25,179 nt of DNA from positions 1 through 25,179 of the IMG/VR virus record IMGVR_UViG_3300031774_000140. The stretch is one strand, 5' to 3'. Under the pieces are notes generated by a model. That model made no database searches, was not told the origin of the DNA, and worked only from the letters and a program-made list of their open reading frames with translations. The stretch comes from a virus. Taxonomy: Duplodnaviria > Caudoviricetes. Below, in pieces: positions 22,301 to 25,179 of the stretch; the first letter of the stretch is position 1, and each line of letters opens with the position of its first letter. The translations under genes and the position numbers were made by a program.

Positions 22301-24632
22301 CTAGTCTTTGGCCGAAATGCTTTATGTTTTTTTCTTCTAAAGGTTGAACGCCAGAAGGTCTGTTTCTGTGGTCGTAATAAACGACACCAAAATCATGTGT
22401 AGCCCCAGCTTTAAAAGAAGTAACTGCCTCTCCATCTTGAGTGAAAATAGATATATCGCCAGAGAGGAAATTGTATTCCTCCCAATGACTTCTCAGTGCT
22501 CCTGAGCCTACGCTGTAATCACCAATAACATATCCTGCTCCATTCTCCTGATTGTTTATATTTAGTGAAATGTCACTTGAATTAAATAAGGTCATTTGAT
22601 GCAGGCCCCCAAATATTGTTCCAGCAGGATTTGCTCCTACACCGTAATACACATTAAGGCCGCTCGTCGAGGGCGCGAAATCATTTTCTATAACCGTTCC
22701 CGAAGGGTTTGTAAATGTTGGTGCTAAAGCGTAGTCAGTGTTAAGATTTAAGCCAGTACAATTAACCTTGCACGTTATTTTTTGAGACGACTCGTTATAT
22801 GTAGCTGAGTAAACACGAAATGTACCGACTCCAGACATCCAAGCTAAAATACAGTCAGCCTCATCTTGAGTTACATTACCTGTACCGTCTAAGCTTTGAC
22901 CAATTGTTCCAGCGAAAAATGCAGTCGAACCATTAAAGGTTTGATTCGGACCTTCGATTGAAGGAGAAAGCCCTACAGTTGAAGGCTCTAAGTCATTAAC
23001 GATAGCGGATGTAATAAAATCTGCAAAAGCATTAACGTCTTGAAAATCTTGACCCTGTGATATTAGGTTAAATTGCAAGGGATTCTGAAACTTAAGATTC
23101 CCTATTCCTGACTGAATACTATCGGGGTCCAGTATGGTTAAATTTTGCGTATGAATCTCATCACCGGACGTGTCGTATGTGGTTGCGGACACGGTAAACC
23201 TTGTGCTTGACGCGGTGCTATCTAAATCAGGATTGATTCCAAACCTGTCACAAGACAGGTTAAAGTTCATGTTCACTTGTGAAGCAGAAGCGTCAAATCC
23301 CTGTGTAGGAAAATCAGACAAATCAATTTCAAAGCTTATTCCGTTGGTTGTGCTGTCTGCATATCGAGCGAAAGTCAGTGAACCGCTGCCAACATTTAAA
23401 AACTCATTTCCACCATAAAAGCTATTGGCCTGTGACCCACCAAATATAGCTCTTTGAGCACCTAAAAACTGGTCTGTTCCCCAGTCATCATTATCGAGTG
23501 TTTCGTTAATGACACCGTCTGTCCCACCAACGATATCAATATTTAAAGAGCTAGATGTTTCTACGTCAGGGTGATATACAGGATATGAATATACATCTGG
23601 CTGAGGAATGTTATCAAACCCCTCTAGATAGTTTCCGTAAAACAGCCTACCATTCGAAATGGCTTGTGCAGAAGCTGTCCTAGGAACAGCATCGTGAGTT
23701 CTGTTAACCTCTTCGGATGAGACATAGCTGTATATCTTGTCGTTTCTAAATGTAAATGATTGCTCCGTTTGCTCTGGGTCATTGCTCAGTTCTTTAACCT
23801 TGAAGAATGCCCCATCATTATTACGCCTAGCGAACACTCTAATCTTATCTACGGGACCATCAGAATTTGAAACCGTCACCTCTAACTCATTGTTAAATGA
23901 ACTGGCAAATTCAATAGCAGCTGAATTAAATGCTAAATTCGTCGGGCTAACGGCTAAAGGTGAGTAGGCGGAGATTGCGCTTACTTCACCGTCATCATAT
24001 ACGTACTGATAAGCAAACTGAAAGCAATTGTCTCTTAGGTTGTTCTGACTTACAGATTCGTTAGTTCCAAACCTAAAGGTAGGTACCGACTGAGGGGGTA
24101 GCTTACAAACAGTAAAGAACTTTTCCTTTTGTGCAGGTGTCCCTGAGGTAAGGTTAGATTGGTAACCGTTATATAAAAGTCTAGTTGCGTTTATTTTTCT
24201 CGGTTCGTTTCTGTTGTCCGTGAAGTATAGTAGATGTTCTTCAAATTGGTTTATGATAACATCAGCCTTAATGAAACCGTCTCGACTAAAATTAAGAACG
24301 GGGTCTTGATAAAGTTTAATATACTTATCATCTATGAAGTCATACTTATATATGCCATGATTTAGCTCTGAGTTGTAGACAAAGAAATAAATACACTTTC
24401 CTGATTCGCACGCTACAGCACCTACTGTTCTATTGGTTCCTGTGGGTATAGTATCATCGCTGGTAACCGGATTCACAATAGTATTACCCTTTATGTTTCT
24501 TACTATTCCTTGGTCACCCCCATCGTCAGGAGAGATTCGAATATTAAGGGCATCGGTCATCTCAAAAGGTTTCACCAACCTCTCGTCCTCATCCTTGTTC
24601 AGATACTGGGGTACAAGCTTGTCAATAGCCAT
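19368..24632 (-). CDS. crAss-like tail muzzle / stabilization protein (P22 gp10-like family)
   Basis: LNKDEDERLV...DALNIRI...NIKGN start, LYFTDNRNEPRKIN, FQFAYQYVYDDGEVSAIS, NGRLFYGNYLEG, SFKAGATHDFGVVYYD, NPES, WLSFYSFNPE, KVYNAISLEG, EEKEGIYY; follows the ring gene. Confidence 0.85.
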   Translation of the reverse strand: MAIDKLVPQYLNKDEDERLVKPFEMTDALNIRISPDDGGDQGIVRNIKGNTIVNPVTSDDTIPTGTNRTVGAVACESGKCIYFFVYNSELNHGIYKYDFIDDKYIKLYQDPVLNFSRDGFIKADVIINQFEEHLLYFTDNRNEPRKINATRLLYNGYQSNLTSGTPAQKEKFFTVCKLPPQSVPTFRFGTNESVSQNNLRDNCFQFAYQYVYDDGEVSAISAYSPLAVSPTNLAFNSAAIEFASSFNNELEVTVSNSDGPVDKIRVFARRNNDGAFFKVKELSNDPEQTEQSFTFRNDKIYSYVSSEEVNRTHDAVPRTASAQAISNGRLFYGNYLEGFDNIPQPDVYSYPVYHPDVETSSSLNIDIVGGTDGVINETLDNDDWGTDQFLGAQRAIFGGSQANSFYGGNEFLNVGSGSLTFARYADSTTNGISFEIDLSDFPTQGFDASASQVNMNFNLSCDRFGINPDLDSTASSTRFTVSATTYDTSGDEIHTQNLTILDPDSIQSGIGNLKFQNPLQFNLISQGQDFQDVNAFADFITSAIVNDLEPSTVGLSPSIEGPNQTFNGSTAFFAGTIGQSLDGTGNVTQDEADCILAWMSGVGTFRVYSATYNESSQKITCKVNCTGLNLNTDYALAPTFTNPSGTVIENDFAPSTSGLNVYYGVGANPAGTIFGGLHQMTLFNSSDISLNINNQENGAGYVIGDYSVGSGALRSHWEEYNFLSGDISIFTQDGEAVTSFKAGATHDFGVVYYDHRNRPSGVQPLEEKNIKHFGQRLGGNDGRTEIDFRLLHEPPSWATKWAPVYSKNTSYDEVLQVLVNEAATGKQTTFKDIRSNDGEKTRPVLAGLEGGINGQIFISLRGLEGKSNSYKDFKGANKSYEYKEGDILRILQYEDLEGNIQRPLHEFKITSYKFYTDNDENPIKLSQNSPDEDETNYRRTGWYLTIRDNNISNFKRGDILIGKDFFSQNCLVEICRPKRGVEEESRVYYEIEKQYDILEVGGVRTHAGDRSNSVSPAVTIQVLSPTVFTSTTRLYLGDKLIIGSGSGEHVFIEGIVPISNGAYRYSVNSAQPFTDSNVSDGAIFPCVIDDTVGSANSIHKGVVTLTKGDVYLRVREQLGNSNTDYSPDGQDIVFKYDPTIPDNQIYRKFVVEDEAVSDYFDSKAISIGRPFIETPDQEEIRRSTAITYSAPFVSDSNVLNLSTFNPLLFSYKDYNSINGSICSIIDKGESLLVMQDKKISSTPVDRTLIQSAGEDGMLVTSTNVLGVETYFAGSFGPGLNPESVVDRFGVTYFCDMDAGKVFSLSSKGIQPISDVKMSSFFEKLFANLLLRDSVPRIPCGIDPENDEFIVTVEGQDVNEIVIDTLNVGSIPKPPTNAKVSGASGKIKPVVGGSNMLSWSTDPIKWDDTNITPDSFLPEWDSVGNALVVIDKLTERGSSFVSPDKSASTSDFKADVITSDGKYRGVAKMNMADGSIIFSTTIVEKGNSSDTSKTISITDGVDDDGKTLAYGTDKNFWLSFYSFNPELYSSLHNRFFSFEGGQIYRHNVNETRNNFYGVQGNSEVEVVSKKNPSSVKVYNAISLEGNDTWAGVVTNNNQTTSIPEAMYEEKEGIYYTNIPKDVAADSNDSVGTERVVLGEVASLSENFLEVTFTGRVSNLPFGIGDSVKVISGSGEQNLGLTITAVLGRNKLKFSGAAIGQIGNTLVAVSSDVINGEQMRDYYAKFKLTNDNTAEKELYAVNAIYTPSALDNSETN

Positions 24633-25179
24633 TAATACTTAGGTGCTTGTTTGAAGTTTTTTCTAATTGTCTTGAGCGCCTCCTCACCACTAAACGCCTT
24701 AAGCCTTGCATTAGCCTTGCGTCTCTCGTTGTAGTATTCCTGACGGGCCCTACCCTTCTCTCCGAGTGGGACGCTTCCCTTTCTTTCTACAAGCTTGTAG
24801 TAGATGTAAGAACGTAATGCTTCTTCTGCTTCAATATGTACAGTAGGGTTGACCGAGCGAGCTTCGTCAGCGATGTATTCAATTACAACCTCAGAGAAAG
24901 TACCACCAGAAACCTCAATCCTGTTCTGGTCTTCATTAAGTCGATACTGCCCACTATAAAAACCTCCGCCTAATCCATACAGCTGACCAACTCCACCCTG
25001 AAAAATGTAATTACTAAACGTCATAAAGTCGTCCTCGCTAAACAAGCTTCCGGTGGAACCCGACTTTGAATCAACCCTATCAGCAATCCCGTCACCATCA
25101 GTGTCGATGATATTGCCAGACGAATCAGTAGAATACTTCTGAGAGTAGTTGATGTTTTTGTTCTCACCGAACACACTAA
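24632..25179 (-). CDS. crAss-like tail ring / tubular protein, 5'-truncated by the window edge
   Basis: Frame stays open past the annotated GTG to the window end. C-terminal EVVIEYIAD...PTVHIEAEEALRSYIYY...RRKANARL pattern; TAATG-coupled to the muzzle gene. Confidence 0.75.
   Translation of the reverse strand, partial: SVFGENKNINYSQKYSTDSSGNIIDTDGDGIADRVDSKSGSTGSLFSEDDFMTFSNYIFQGGVGQLYGLGGGFYSGQYRLNEDQNRIEVSGGTFSEVVIEYIADEARSVNPTVHIEAEEALRSYIYYKLVERKGSVPLGEKGRARQEYYNERRKANARLKAFSGEEALKTIRKNFKQAPKY

Larger units (their letters stand above)
1..25179. other. Segment of a dsDNA tailed phage genome with crAss-like tail/ejection module; probable Bacteroidota host
   Basis: Dense, overlapping genes in two convergent arms. 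Replication genes on +; ring, muzzle, cargo and lysis genes on -. No integrase or host housekeeping genes. TAnnTTTG-like promoter elements, BT4734-type primase and DUF5675 point to Bacteroidota (inference). Confidence 0.9.

Noticed and set aside
16964-24642. Short + strand ORFs and the nested - strand ORF 18611-18805 within cargo and muzzle genes
   Set aside because: Wholly inside well-supported genes with no independent evidence.
1-25179. Stop-codon reassignment as in some crAss-like phages
   Set aside because: Very long ORFs are intact in code 11, and TAA, TAG and TGA all end genes at tight junctions.
1-25179. tRNA, CRISPR array, intron/intein, DGR repeats, att sites
   Set aside because: The largest intergenic gap is 41 nt and I saw no such repeats, splicing motifs, reverse transcriptase or integrase. 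Manual reading could miss diverged repeats; a self dot-plot would settle it.

Overview
A fully coding, prophage-marker-free segment of a dsDNA podophage with a crAss-like tail module, probably infecting a Bacteroidota (Flavobacteriia-like) host; standard genetic code. Two arms converge at ~4.5 kb. The + strand arm (1-4476) carries replication genes: DUF3310, a fused BT4734-type primase plus SF4 helicase, two PD-(D/E)xK nucleases, a DnaA domain IV-like protein and small hypotheticals. The - strand arm (25179-4518) carries late genes: ring protein (truncated), 1754-aa muzzle/stabilization protein, two probable ejection proteins, a 3322-aa polyvalent protein, a DUF5675 putative endolysin, a 3TM-family holin and an exported M43 metalloprotease with a dockerin-like tail. 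Main candidates for new biology: (i) the 3322-aa protein has a zincin protease followed by enzyme-like cassettes each bounded by K-[A/F]-Q, suggesting an injected, self-processing effector polyprotein; (ii) an A10 slippery site plus possible pseudoknot near its 5' end; (iii) an exported protease coupled to the lysis cassette; (iv) a recurring promoter/leader motif and a possible small RNA at the convergence point. All family assignments come from motif recognition by eye, not database searches.
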